A stretch of DNA of 64,000 bases, taken from Eledone cirrhosa. Its lineage: Eukaryota. Of this stretch, positions 35,701-49,625 are shown one piece after another (positions within the stretch are counted from its first letter, which is position 1; each line of letters starts with the position of its first letter). The stretch lies in the NCBI GenBank assembly GCA_964016885.1, contig OZ024744.1:34100001-34164000 (forward strand), in the 5' to 3' direction. The position numbers were made by a program, and so were the translations under genes. The notes under the pieces were generated by a model that was given only the letters and a program-made list of their open reading frames with translations, was not told the DNA's origin and ran no database searches.

Positions 35701-38417
35701 GGTCACTAATTTGTGATCTGAATAGCTAACCATGATCAGTTCTGGACAACTAAATACGTCCCTATCCTTACTCCTAACCAAAAACCTATCTAGGTACGAT
35801 CTAGATTGTCCACTGCGGTTTGCCCAGGTCCAGGTTGGCGCAGTTGGACAATCTAGTCGAAATCTATCGACCAGGTCGAATCGATCGAGTAACCCCTTGA
35901 GGCTGCTACACCCCCCTCTATCGGGACATGCCCCTGCATAGTCCCAACGCGCATCTAGGATTCCATTCCAGTCCCCCACTAAAAGCAGGGAACGCGACGT
36001 TCCTAGAAAAGTCTCCAGACGCTGGAAGAAGTCGGCTCTTTCCGCCCCGAAGGGAGCATAAAGACCGACCAGTCTGAAAGCCCCGCCTTCACCGCCTCCG
36101 ACGTCTAGCACCAGTAATCGACCCCCCGGATCCGAGTGAACAATCTGTACGTCGAGAGCCAGACGTTTATCCAGCAGTACGGCAACTCCCCCCCCCCCGC
36201 CTCCGGGTTGACAGAGAGATGCGTGCATCTCAAAGTCATCGAAGGCGGGCGCCAGCTGTCTCACGCTGCTGATCCGACTCTCGCAAACAACCATCACATC
36301 TATACTTTGTGACCTGAGGTCACTTAGAAGCTTTGCTTGCTTCCAAGCTGAGCCCAGGCCACGCGCGTTCAAACAGCCAACTCTCAATTGATCTATTTTG
36401 GTGTTGAAAGTGAAGAAAGAAAAGCACTTACCTCTCCGGGTTGCGTAATTTCCATGGCATCAGGTGTGTTGGGTGGAGGGATGTTTTGTGGTGGTGTGGG
36501 GGTACACGTGTGTGGTGGGGTTGGGGTATTTGGAGTTGTGTCAGGGAGAGGGGCGGTTATGGGGAAATCTTTCAAGAGGACGCGATTCAACGGTTTTAAA
36601 CAGGGGGGGCTCACGTCCCGTCTAAATTGTTCTTTTAAGGAACGATAAAGGTCCAGAGGGACCTTTATCATTTTTAAATGGGTGAAGTTCTCTGTTGAGA
36701 TAAAGTTTGGCCCTTCGGTCTGCACCATAGGGTTATTGTTTATTAATTTAACCAGTTTTTTGTTTTCTTTATTTATATATGTGTATTGCAACGTCTTTTT
36801 TTGTGATGCTGTCAATGTTTCGGAGAGGGGAGGCGCAGATTTATTTTTGTTTTTTGAGGGTGGGGTGTTTTTGATTGCAGTTGGTGTTTGTGTGTGGGTT
36901 ATTTGTGGTGTGCTGGGTGTGTGTTTTCTTTTTTTTCTTTTAACTTGTCTGAAGGCTTCTCCTCCTTCTTCTTCAGAAGTTGGGGGAAACTCTTCAGCGC
37001 TAGGTGGGAGGGACGTGTTGTGTGGTTGTTTTTTTTTGCGGGAGGGGTAGATTTGTTACTGTTTTTTTTATTATTTGTTTGGAATGGGTTTTGTGGTGGT
37101 GGTGGTAATGTTTGTGTCGTGCTTGTGGTTGGTGATGGTGGTGGTGATGTTTGTGTTGTGGTTGGTGGTGGTGATTTTTGTGTCGTGCTTGTGTTTGGTG
37201 CTGGTGGTGGTGATGTTTGTGTTGTGTTTGTGGTTGGTGGTGTCTGTATTTTGTTTGCTGTGTGTGGTATTAGTGTATTTTTGGAGGTGGGTGGTGTTGG
37301 TGTACTGTTTGTGGTGGGTGTGGGCAATAGTCCTTTTTGGGGGATACGTTTCGGGCAGTTAGCCTTAACGTGTCCCCTTTCCATGCATAAATAGCATGCT
37401 GGTCTTCTCCCCTCTACAATTATGTCTATTGGGGTAAGGTCATCCAGCCAGATGCGATCCGGGATTTGTGCTATTCTTTCGGGCCTCATTTGGACTAGTA
37501 TGTCGAGGCCCATTCCCAGGAACGCATCTCCAGTTGCCTTCCCCATTGACAGCATTGTGTCTTCGCCCATATCAATGAAGCCTGCAATAGCCCACCAGAA
37601 GTCCATTGTGGGCAACATTGTTTTTACTTTTACTCTCTGTGTTCTTCTACCCATGTAGGAGGGATAGAAGCTATATGTTGTCGATGAGAGTGGGCTTAAG
37701 GAAAGCTTCTCCGCCGTTTCCTTGTCTCTTGTTAGGACCGAAATGCTGCCATAGAGTCGGTCCTTTCGTATGAAGAGAATATTCTTCATATAGTCTTTTA
37801 GGACTAACTCTATTTCCATTTGGCTGGGCTGTGCTGGCTTTCTTGTCTGGTTCAGTATAGTTCTGTAGAGAACTGTGTTTTCTGCTCTGGCTTTCTTGAA
37901 TTCTGGGGGGGAGTTAATGGAAAACATTCCGTTCTCCCCCAAAACAATGTGTTTCTTTGCTTCGGCCAGTTTTTCTCTGGCGGCAGTTAGGTCAATTGGT
38001 GTGTATGTAATGGATTGTTTTGTCTTCTGGGCGAAAGTTGCCCTGTTGTTATTTGTATTATTTTCTGTTTGTTTGTTTTCAGTTTGCTCATTTTCCTTAA
38101 CATTTGTTTTTTCATTTTCTTTGTTTGTTTCATTGTCTAATTTTGTTGTAATTATTTTTTGTTCTTCAGGCTTGGGGGGCGTGGCAGAGCTAATGGCAGA
38201 CATGTCTGCCATCTTTTCCGCCATGCTGCCAAGAAAGAAATTTTTCGGCAAAAATAGATATTTATTTTACCCCCTAAAAAGGGGGTAAATACAAAAATGT
38301 TTCCCTAAATAACAGGGGTTAGTGTTCCAAATGTGTTGCACTGAAAAATTTATCCGGTACTTACAATAGTAAGGGTAAATCCCGATGGAATAGCGGAGCC
38401 GATGCGAAGCGTGTCTT
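32726..38417 (-). mobile_element. L1/Tx1-clade LINE, full-length copy 2, head-to-tail with copy 1
   Basis: Highly similar to copy 1. ORF1 36899-38224 (+36393-36815). ORF2 pieces 35464-36387, 34502-35419, 32958-34538. 5' flank (GATA)4. Confidence 0.95.
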
Positions 38418-38433
38418 GATAGATAGATAGATA

Positions 38434-38730
38434 TTCTTCTTCTTCTTCTTCTTCTTCTTCTTCTTCTTCTTCTTCTTCTTCTTCTTCTTCTTCTTCTTCT
38501 TCTTCTTCTTCTTCTTCTTCTTCTTCTTCTTCTTCTTCTTCTTCTTCTTCTTCTTCTTCTTCTTCTTCTTCTTCTTCTTCTTCTTCTTCTTCTTCTTCTT
38601 CTTCTTCTTCTTCTTCTTCTTCTTCTTCTTCTTCTTCTTGTGAGGGTCATGGAGACAGGGTCCTCAATAAACGCCTTCCAGAGGTTCCTGTCAGAAGCAA
38701 CAGAGCTCATGGATATTACTTCCCTTAACA
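38434..38730 (-). mobile_element. RTE-type LINE 3' tip with an expanded (AAG)n tail (38434-38639)
   Basis: VASDRNLWKAFI, resembling the A.DR..W C-terminus of RTE ORFs, runs directly into (AAG)n. Confidence 0.6.
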
Positions 38731-41205
38731 CACGTTAACATACAAACATAATGCCCTCCAACATTTCTTTTGTTCTTCCTCGACAATATCCAGCTGGAAC
38801 TCCTCTCCGCTGGTTTTATGACTTTGGTCTTGTTCTACCCAGATCCTGAAAGTTGTTTCATGATATTGTTGGTAGATTTAGCCACAAAACCTCTGGTTCC
38901 AACTTCTGTGGTGATAACTTTGAGCCAGAAATTGACTTCCCCCTGACTATTGTCCAAACGTATTTTCGGTGTTTAACACGTGCCTTTTCTAGTCTGCTGA
39001 TGGCAAGGTGAGTTGAATCAAAATCACATGTTTTGATGAACTGGAATGGAGTATGATATCCGGCTTCAAGCCATTCTTTCTGGTGATTTCTAGTTGCTTT
39101 ACCGATTCAGTGAGGTGTGCTGTACACACCCAGTCTTCTGTACCACCCAGAAGACTCTATTCCCGTGCCCTGTATGATAGAGCTACTCCTGGCCATGATT
39201 TGCTGCTCCCTCTCGTGTAGAAGATTGTTGGAGATTCTGTACTGCGGATTTTACATTAGCTATACTTACCTCATGTACGATCTCCCTAAGATTGTGTTTT
39301 CTATGTGTATCTTCCTTGGGCTAGTGCTACTCTGTATTAGGTCAGAATGTGTTCCACTATCTGTCTACCTTGGCAGAGTGGGCACTCAAGCTTATTTGAT
39401 TTTCCCCCACTTCACTAGGTCCATATTCGAGGGCAGGATACCATAAAGGATCTTAGGAGTAAATTGAACACAAGAGGTGCCATATGTCACACGTCATTCC
39501 GAAATACTCTGGATTGCACATTCCCACGTCATCCATTGGACCTGTCGATTCTACTGTACTGTCTTCTGGCATCTTCTTCTTTGTTCACCCCCTGTAAAAT
39601 CAGATCTCTCTTCATCTTTTCCCTAGCCTCTTACCACTCTGCCCATGAACATGAGTATGTCCCATATTTTCTCTGCATCTACCGTCTCATAAACTTTCCA
39701 CTTACTGCCTGCCATCAGCTTTCACCAAATCGCTCTCACGACATTGTCTTGCGAGTCATCAAGCTTGGTCAAGAGCCTTGCTTTTCCGACTTTGTATTCC
39801 TCAACGATGGCTTTGAGATGTAGCATCAACTTGGCCTGGCGACAGTAGAATGCAACATCAGTGGGACACCAAGCCGCTTGTACCTTTGTTGATTTTGACC
39901 GTCAGCAGATATTTGAGAAGCTTTGGGGGTCAACGTAGACTGCAGACATGTGTTTGCTAGAGAGGTCACATTGGTCTATGACCAGCAGACCCTTTTCCAA
40001 CATTAGCTTCGTTCCGTTTCCTCTGTTCGTGTCTTTCAGAGGGTCATCATAATATCTCCCGAGGCTTTTGCCAATACAAACGGTATAGGTGAGATTACAC
40101 AGACTCAGACTCAGACTCAGAAGCTCCCGCGTCTTGCGACACATGAGGCAATCATAGTGTTCCATCGCGTTTGGTCAGCATCCAGTTGCACAGCGTCCAC
40201 CCATTGTTTGGTTGCCCTCTCCGACTGCTTCCATGCGGGCTCCATTTAAGTACTTGGTTCGCCAGTCTCCGGGGGAAGTCTCAAAGCGTGTCCAAACCAG
40301 CCCAGGCGTCGCTTGCAGATGGTAGAAGAGACTAGCTGCTGGTTGGTGCGGTTCCTGACTTCCTGGTTTATTACATGGTCACTCCATTTAATCCCCAGGA
40401 TCTTTCGCAGACATCTGGAATCGAATGCGTCCAACTTCTTGTCTTGGTTGGTCTTAAGGTGCCATGTTTCACTTCCGTACAAGAGTGTGGACAGCACGTT
40501 GCTGTTGCAGAATCTCATCTTTGTTTTGAGGGTGATTACACAGTCCATTGCTAATCTCTCAATCGATCCAGATGGTTGTGTACTCTTTGGTGAAGAATGA
40601 AAATACTTCTTTAGCAGTTCCCTGATGTTCTTTGGAACATGATAGATCTTGAGAGCTAGTTTGGATTATCTTGTATGGGATCAAACTGTAGGTACTAGCC
40701 AGATCAAGCCACACCACATCAACATCTCTCTTTTCAGCTTTAGGACTTTGGATTGCTTCCCAAACCATTGAGGCATGCTCTAAACAACCAGACTCTCCAT
40801 GGATGACTCTCCCTTCTGATCTGACATATTCAAGTACTTATTCTCTGTGAGGTATCTAGTTAACCTAGCTGCCATAACAATGAAGAATGTTCTTCCTTCA
40901 ACGTTCAGATGTGTTTTTGGTCTGAATTGGTTTATATCGCTTGAGTTCTTCTCTTTCAGAATGTACACACCTTTGGTTCTAATCTATTGGTCACTGATCT
41001 TCAAGTTCTTCCAGGATGATCTTATCATTTTGTGGAGCAACTCAAGGACTCTGGGACATTTCTTGTACAATAGATAGGGTATTACGTTTAGCCCCGGTAA
41101 TAATTTGGACCTTTCTTTCTTAAGCACCTTCCTTACTTTACCCAGAGTTTGGTGGCCTGTCATCGAACGATTCCTCAGGTACAGAGGGCCACACCAGACC
41201 CTGGT
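38731..41205 (-). mobile_element. Degenerate HERO-like RLE retrotransposon
   Basis: KEKNSSDINQFRP..LNVEG, VWEAIQ..K.EKRDVDVVWLDLA, PDIILHSSS and EVGTRGFV. Confidence 0.75.
40246..40548 (-). mobile_element. RTE LINE internal fragment nested in the HERO relic
   Basis: LKTKMRF.NSNVLSTLLYGSETW...RCLRKILGIKWSD.V.N.EV...RRLGWFGH. Confidence 0.85.
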
Positions 41206-41229
41206 ATAATATGTATATAGCTAGAGTAT

Positions 41230-44200
41230 GTCCGTCTGGTTATGTATATGTAGGTGTAGAAAAGTGTGTATGTAATATGTATATATCTAGTGTCTGTGTG
41301 CGTCTGGTTATGTTTATGTATGTGTAGATGTGTGTGTGTATGTATCTATCTAGTGTCTGTGTGTGGATGTATATGTATATGTAGGTGTAGATATGTGTAT
41401 GTATGTAATATGTATATATCTAGTGTCTGTATGTGTCTGTATATGTATATGTATGTGTAGACATGTGTATGTATGTAATATGTATATATCTAGTGTCTGT
41501 ATGTGTCTGTGTATGTATATGTAGGTGTAGATATGTCTATGTATGTAATATGTATATATCTAGTGTCTGGATGTGTCTGTGTATGTATATGTAGGTGTAG
41601 ATATGTGTATGTATGTAATATGTAACTATCTGTATGTGTCTGTGTATGTTTATGTAGGTGTAGATATGTGTATGTATGTATGTAATATGTATATATCTAG
41701 TGTCTGTATGTGTCTGTGTATGTATATGTAGGTGTAGATATCTGTATGTATGTAATATGTATATATCTAGTGTATGTATGTGTCTGTGTATGTATATGTA
41801 GGTGTAGATATGTGTATGTATGTAATATGTATATATCTAGTGTCTGTATGTGTCTGTGTATGTATATGTATGTGTAGATATCTGTATGTATGTAATATGT
41901 ATATATCTAGTGTCTGTATGTGTCTGTGTATGTATATGTAGGTGTAGATATCTGTATGTAATATGTATATATCTAGTGTCTGTGTGTGTCTGTGTATGTA
42001 TATGTATGTGTAGATATCTGTATGTATGTAATATGTATATATCTAGTGTCTGTATGTGTCTGTGTATGTATATGTAGGTGTAGATATCTGTATGTATGTA
42101 ATATGTATATATTTAGTGTCTGGATGTGTCTGTGTATGTATATGTAGGTGTAGATATGTGTATGTATGTAATATGTATATATCTAGTGTCTGGATGTGTC
42201 TGTGTATGTATATGTAGGTGTAGATATGTGTATGTAATATGTATATATCTAGTGTCTGTGTGTGTCTGTGTATGTATATGTAGGTGTAGATATGTGTATG
42301 TATGTAATATGTATATATCGAGTGTCTGTGTGTGTCTGTGTATGTTTATGTAGGTGTAGATATGTGTATGTATGTAATATGTATATATCTAGTGTCGGGA
42401 TGTGTCTGTGTATGTATATGTAGGTGTAGATATGTGTATGTATGTAATATGTATATATCTAGTGTCTGTATGTGTCTGTTTATGTATATGTATGTGTAGA
42501 TATGTGTATGTATGTAATATGTATATATCTAGTGTCTGTATGTGTCTGTGTATGTATATGTATGTGTAGATATGTGTATGTATGTAATATGTATATATCT
42601 AGTGTCTGTATGTGTCTGTTTATGTATATGTAGATATGTGTATGTATGTAATATGTATATATCTAGTGTCTGTATGTGTCTGTGTATGTATATGTAGGTG
42701 TAGATATGTGTATGTAATATGAATATATCTAGTGTCTGTATGTGTCTGTGTATGTATATGTAGGTGTAGATATGTGTATGTATGTAATATGTATATATCT
42801 AGTGTATGTATGTGTCTGTGTATGTATATGTAGGTGTAGATATGTGTATGTATGTAATATGTATATATCTAGTGTCTGGATGTGTCTGTTTATGTATATG
42901 TATGTGTAGATATGTGTATGTATGTAATATGTATATATCTAGTGTCTGTATGTGTCTGTGTATGTATATGTAGGTGTAGATATGTGTATGTATGTAATAT
43001 GTATATATCTAGTGTCTGTGTGTGTCTGTGTATGTATATGTATGTGTAGATATGTGTATGTATGTAATATGTATATATCTAGTGTGTGTGTGTGTGTCTG
43101 TGTGTGTATATGTAGGTGTAGATATGTGTATGTATGTAATATGTATATATCTAGTGTCTGTGTGTGTATGTGTATGTATATGTAGGTGTATATATGTGTA
43201 TGTATGTAATATGTAACTATCTAGTGTCTGTATGTGTCTGTTTATGTATATGTAGGTGTAGATATGTGTATGTATGTAATATGTAACTATCTAGTGTATG
43301 TATGTGTCTGTGTATGTATATGTAGGTGTAGATATGTGTATGTATGTAATATGTAACTATCTAGTGTCTGGATGTGTCTGTTTATGTATATGTAGGTGTA
43401 GATATGTGTATGTATGTAATATGTATGTATCTAGTGTCTGGATGTGTCTGTTTACGTATATGTATGTGTAGATATCTGTATGTATGTAATATGTATATAT
43501 CTAGTGTCTGTATGTATCTGTTTATGTATATGTAGGTGTAGATATGTGTATGTATGTAATATGTATATATTTAGTGTCTGTATGTGTCTGTTTATGTATA
43601 TGTAGGTGTAGATATGTGTATGTATGTAATGTGTAACTATCTAGTGTCTGTATGTGTCTGTGTATGTATATGTAGGTGTAGATATGTGTATGTAATATGT
43701 ATATATCTAGTGTCTGTGTGTGTCTGTGTATGTATATGTAGGTGTAGATATGTGTATGTATGTAATATGTAACTATCTAGTGTCTGTATGTGTCTGGTTA
43801 TGTTTATGTAGGTGTAGATATGTGTATGTATGTAATATGTATATATCTAGTGTCTATATGTGTCTGTGTATGTATATGTATGTGTAGATATGTGTATGTA
43901 TGTAATATGTATATATCTAGTGTCTATATGTGTCTGTGTATGTATATGTAGGTGTATATATGTGTATGTATGTAATATGTAACTATCTGGTGTCTGTATG
44001 TGTATGTGTATGTATATGTAGGTGTAGATATGTGTATGTATGTAATATGTAACTATCTAGTGTCTGAATGTGTCTGTTTATGTATATGTATGTGTATATA
44101 AGACCAGGATGGACGGCTGATCCTTGAACCTGAGCGAATGTGCGAGACCTTTCAAAGGCACTTTGCTCGACTGTTCGGAGGTGGCGGGGGGCCGGACGGG

Positions 44201-46870
44201 GATGTGGACTTCGGTCCATACCTCGACGGTCTACCGCGTCTTTCGAGCGGCGAAGCGGAGTGCTGCGAAGGGCCAATCACAGCCACTGAAATCGGGGAAG
44301 CGCTCAGCCAATGCAGCAGACGCAAATCCCCGGGTCTCGATGGTCTACCATACGAACTTTATTTAGCTATGCCGGTCTTGTTCTCCGAACTCCTCGAGGC
44401 TGTCTATTGCAACTGGCAACAGAACGGGAGAATTCCCTGTTCTGTGACCAAGGGCGTGGTCACGCTAGTGAGGAAGGACGAGAGCAAGGGGGACGACTTA
44501 AGTAACTTTAGGCCCATAACTCTGCTGAATGCAGAGTTACAGATTTTGGCCAAGGTGTTGGCGAAGAGGTTGGCGCTTGTGGTGGGTGGTTTGGTGGGAG
44601 ACGCGCAGACATGCGCTATCCCGTCCAGGTCCATTCACACAACCTCCACCTCATGCGATACATCATAGAGAGGGTTGGCTACGAACCCGGCTTTGGTGGG
44701 GCCCTGATCAACTTGGATCAATCTAAGGCGTTCGATAGGGTCGACCATGGTTACCTGGATGCGGTGCTAGCGGCGGCGGGCTTCGGACCCGTATTCAGGG
44801 GCTGGATTTCTGCCATGCACAGTGGCAACATCTACTCTAGGATTAAAGTAAACGGCTACCTCTCGGAGCCGTTTCAAATCACCCGATCCATCAGACAGGG
44901 GTGCCCCCTCTCCTCCCTTCTGTACGTATTGACTCTCGAGCCACTGCTGCGGAAGTTGGAGTTGCTGCGGGGCATACCCCTGGAACCGGGATTGCACAAA
45001 GCGGTCTCGGCCTATGCCGACGACGTAACAGTAATGGTGGCGGACGCCTCGGAAATCGGGGCGATCGCCACCCTACTGGAGGAATACGAAAGGCTGACGG
45101 GGGCTAAGCTGAACCAGGACAAGTCAGTCGGTTTGCAACTCGGAACGTGGAGGGGCAAACCGATGCCGTTAGACGGTGTCGTCGGGCGGTGGACGGAGGG
45201 CCCGGTGAAGCTGCTCGGGGTCTGGTTCGGACCGGACCTCCAGGTGGAGAAGAATTGGGGCGAGGTGACGAGCAGGGTGTTTGCGCTGACCCAGAAGTGG
45301 GCCAAGTGCAAACTATCACTGAAAGGTCGGGCGGAGGTGACGAACGCTTACATAGCGTCCGTCATCTACTACCGCCTGACCGTCGTGCCTTGCCCCAAGG
45401 AAAAGCTCACCATCATGGAACGCATGCTCTTCCAGTTCCTCTGGAAGAAGCGGCCTCCCATGGTGAGGAGATCCATCTGCTGCCAGCACCCTTCGAAAGG
45501 AGGGCTGGGTATGCCGTGGCTGTTGATGCGTAGGCACGCATTGAGGCTACGGCATCTACGGGTATTCCTCAACGGTCAGCCGGTGTGGGCCCCGTTTGTG
45601 AGGCGAGCCTTCCCACAGCTCGTCTCGCTCACCGAACTGCAATCCTGGGTGAAGCAAAGACCGAGAAAACTGGGCAACTGGCACACCGAGTGTGCCCAGG
45701 CGCTCACGGCTATTTGGCTATTTGGCAAGCGGACCCGACTGTCAGTGGAGAATCCACCTCGACATTCTATAGAGGGTTGGTGGCTAGCAGGGGCGACGAC
45801 ACCCTTGGAGAGTCGCTAGGCATGGAGGAGGACGAACTGGCCAGCCTGTTCGGTAGAACTTTCGGCCCGGGACCCATGGACAACTTCCAGAGGTCCCTAG
45901 CCTGGCAGTGTTACCGGGGGGCTCTGCCCGTTCGAGAAAAGCTCTACAGACACGGGCGCCCGGGCAGGGATCCCGCGAAAAAGATCTGTCCCAGATGCGT
46001 GCGCGACGAGGAAACCGTTGCGCATGCACTGGTACACTGCCCGGGCGTTGCCGATCTGTGGGGCTACGTCGAACGACTGCTGTCGCGTGTGGCGCCGATT
46101 CGATTAACCGCCGAGTCTGTGGTGAACATCAAGCCGCCTCCTCCCTTCAGAAATGAAGCAGAGGCGGTCTTTCTGTGCGTAATAGCCATGATGAAAGAGG
46201 TTGTGTGGTGGACGCGCCTGAAAGGTCTGAGGTCGGGTGACTTTCTCTCCGGCCATCACCTGGTTTACTTCTTCCGATACCACTTCGGAAGAAGAATCAG
46301 GATGGAGAGAGAAGTGCTTGGTCCCAGACAGTTTTATGAAAGGTGGGTGAAAGAAGCGAGGATGGCCCGTGTAAATGGGCCTTCTCTCTACATTGTTCTG
46401 TAGGTGAAGAAGTGAAGAGGAAAGGGGGAGCGCCTCCTCTCTGGGCTTCCCCCGCGAAAAGAGTTGCACACTTTTCGGGGGTATGTGCAATCCCCAACAC
46501 GCCCCCTCCCTTTTGAGGACTTTTATTGTTATATTATTATTGTTATTCCTTTTTTTACTCGATTTATGTAAACTCCCCCACTGTGTAAATGTCCCCTTCT
46601 TCTGTGCCCTCGTGGCAAATAAATAGAAATTTATCTAGTATCTGTATGTGTCTGTGTATGTATATGTAGGTGTAGATATGTGTATGTATGTAATATGTAA
46701 CTATCTAGTGTCTGTATGTGTCTGTTTATGTATATGTATGTGTATATATGTGTATGTATGTAATATGTAACTATATAGTGTCTGGATGTGTCTGTGTATG
46801 TATATGTAGGTGTAGATATGTGTATGTATGTAATATGTAACTATGTAGTGTCTGGATGTGTCTGTTTATG
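41230..46870. repeat. 70-bp satellite, interrupted by Tx1 copy 3
   Basis: Unit ATGTGTATGTATGTAATATGTATATATCTAGTGTCTGTATGTGTCTGTGTATGTATATGTAGGTGTAGAT. Period 70 at 42301/42371/42441/42511. Confidence 0.95.
44101..46631 (+). mobile_element. 5'-truncated Tx1-like LINE, copy 3
   Basis: Same ORF2 3' portion and 3' UTR as copies 1 and 2. Ends GAAATT|TATCTAG. Has a frameshift near 44640 and an 8-bp duplication near 45715. Confidence 0.95.
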
Positions 46871-47145
46871 TGTATGATGATGTGAATGTGTGTTTATATA
46901 ATATGTATGTATTTGTCGTATGAAAGTATGTGTCTGTTTATGTATATGTATATGTGTTTCTTTCTGACCAATTATTTGTCAATATAAATTTGTCCCCCAA
47001 TATTCGCGGGCGTTGCGTTCCTAGAGCACCCGCGAAGAGTGGAAAACCGCGAATATTGAACGTGGTTCATAAAAATCCCTATAAACGTCAAAATATAACG
47101 TACAATATAATAAAAAAAAGTGGGAGCGTCCAATAGGCCGGCCAA

Positions 47146-48280
47146 TCTATATATATAAAACTGAGGTTGTCTGTCTGTTTATCGATTTTTGGCACACATC
47201 TCCTCTTAGAATCTCTCACGGAATTGCACCGAAATTGCTATACTTGTACATTGAGCCCTAGCGAAGACATCGGAAAAAAAATATTTCAAATTGACCCGCC
47301 CTATCTGACGAAATCGAATATAATGTATCGAATTTTGAGCGTAAGTGATCAGTTATTTCCCTTTGTTCTGTTTACATTCAGCGTAGCGTCTTACGTTCTC
47401 TTTACATTTTCTGCGTGCAAAAATTAAAAAAATTACGCTGGCAAAAATTAAAAAAATTACGCTGGCTTTCTCAGCGTTTAAAATGACATTAACACAATAC
47501 GCGAACAGTTGTCGAGCCAGCAAAATTTTGACCTGCAAAATTCATCAGTTCGAACACTAAGCTTCCGTTTTGCTTCATTTCCATTTAAAAGCCTTTTAAA
47601 ACAATATTTTTACTTGAAAACAAGTCTATTTAAAGACTACGTAAAACAAGCAAATATTTCGTAAAAAAAAGCAAAAATTATATAAGTTTATTTAAAATAT
47701 ATGTATCTGTAAATTTCGTTAGGCGTGCAGACAGACAGTCGTGCAGACAGACAGTCGTGCAGAGAGGTGATATAGGCGTGCAGACAGACAGTCGTGCAGA
47801 GAGGTGATATAGGCGTGCAGACAGATAGTCGTGCAGAGAGGTGATATAGGCGTGCAGACAGACAGTCGTGCAGAGAGTTGATATAGGTGTGCAGACAGAC
47901 AGTCGTGCAGAGAGGTGATATAGGCGTGCAGACAGACAGTCGCGCAGAGAGTTGATATAGGCGTGCAGACAGACATAACTGATAATTTGGTTACGCTAAT
48001 GTTTTTCTCTGCGTTGCAGTGTTTACATTTTCGATCTTTGTTAATAAATAACCAGTGCAGTTTCTATCCCCAGCATCCTCTTTTGTTATAACATTCGGGT
48101 TATCGTTATGTTTTCTTAACTTCATAAGGCATATTGTTGGTTGAGGGAATATTAATCAAAAACACCACATGCAAGTCTGCACAGTAGACACTACAGTTTT
48201 TAAGCCAAAAAAGAAACTTAACATTGTAACTTTAACACAGCTACTGAGCGACCCCGAGCAACGCCGGGCTTTACTGCTAG
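47146..48280 (+). mobile_element. Non-autonomous Helitron containing a 37-bp tandem array
   Basis: A|TCTATATATATAAAACTGAG start; CCCGAGCAACGCCGGG hairpin plus CTAG|T end. Confidence 0.88.
47721..47975. repeat. 37-bp minisatellite (AGGCGTGCAGACAGACAGTCGTGCAGAGAGGTGATAT)
   Basis: About 6-7 units, directly visible. Confidence 0.92.
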
Positions 48281-48794
48281 TATGGTATAATGTTATTAAT
48301 AATTTAGAGTTAAAAAGGTATTTATTGCCACGAAAAAAGCCATAAAAACATCATAGCAGATATCTCCGATTCCGCGAATATACGGTGGTTTCCACAAACA
48401 ATTATTATTTAGGTTCTCAGGAAAATAACCGCGACCGCAAAAGTTGGACATACACTGGACTTCAAAATATCTGTAAACAAATAATATTTAAATAAAAAAA
48501 AGAGAAAGAAGATAAAGAAAAAAGAGAATCAAGCTAGGGACAAAAAGGGGGGGGGGGGAGACTCTACACCCTAGTCTGAGCTATGTTTCAGTTGTGACCT
48601 GTATTTTACGGCCAGACTGGGGCATCTAAGGACTGGTTTTCAGAGAATAACTGAAATATCAGGCAAATTGTATAAGAATTATTTATTTGGAAATGTAAAT
48701 AATTATATAATATAGATTTATACAGAACAATGTTATTTTACAAGATTTAAGATAAACTAGGTGTATATATAACTAGAGTTGTTTTTAATCAGCA

Positions 48795-49073
48795 GACTAG
48801 AAGAAGCACGTGTTTAACACCAAAAATAAGTTTGGCCAACTGCCAGCTGGAAGTCAATTTATGGCTTAAAGTTATCACCATAGAATTTGGAACCAGAGGT
48901 TTTGTAGGTAAATCTACCTACAATATCATGAAACAACTTTCAGGATCTGGGAATAACAGGACCAAAGTCATAAAAACAGCGGAGAGGAGTTCCAGCTGGG
49001 TATTGTCGAGGAAGAACAAAACAAACGTTGGAGGGAATTATGTTTGTATGTTAACGTGTGTTAAGGGAAGTAA
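48795..49073 (+). mobile_element. HERO-like RLE 3' end, homolog of 38715-39000
   Basis: WLKVITIEFGTRGFVGKST...AERSSSWVLSRK. Confidence 0.75.
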
Positions 49074-49399
49074 CAACTGAAGTAAAAAAAATCAAGTTAT
49101 GCTGAACTATGTAGTTCTGTTAAATCATTTGGAATACAATTGTAAGATGTAAATAATTGTTCCAAATATATTTAGTTGATATGTATTCCAAAATTGAGTT
49201 TCAACGATTATTGTACATTAAACAGTACGAAACTAAGCTATGGGTCGAAGAGTATTCGTTTTTAAAAGATTCTCTAAATAATGAAGGAGTACTCAATGCA
49301 CAAGAAATAGGTAGCGCTGTATATTTATAACATTCACTTGCAGTCCTAAATGAAATGAAATTATGGAGAACCCATAAAAAGGTCAAAGACCCGAAGATA

Positions 49400-49625
49400 G
49401 GCACGACATAATTGCAAATGCTTTCAAGCCACCATCCGACGTTGTGCAAAACTCATCTGCAATGTCAGTTTCGACTGCACCAACTGGGAAGAGGTGAAGC
49501 TTTGAGTGAGGTTCGGTGGCCTCGGCCTTCGATCCGCTTCGGATTTGGCACTGCTAGCCTATCTCTCCTCAACCCCCTCCAGTCAGAAACTCGTCAGCGA
49601 GGTCCTCAGCAAGTCAGCCAAACCT
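49400..49625 (+). mobile_element. CRE-like RT C-terminal fragment
   Basis: VRFGGLGLRSASDLALLAYLSS. Confidence 0.6.

Larger units (their letters stand above)
46990..48450. mobile_element. Tigger/pogo-like MITE remnant split by a Helitron
   Basis: TATTCGCGG / CCGCGAATA subterminal motifs on both sides of the Helitron. Confidence 0.45.

Noticed and set aside
38434-38639. (TTC)n as a Koshi-like target of the Tx1 copies
   Set aside because: (GATA)4 lies between the element and the TTC run, which is better explained as the AAG tail of the adjacent RTE tip. The other copies have no TTC.
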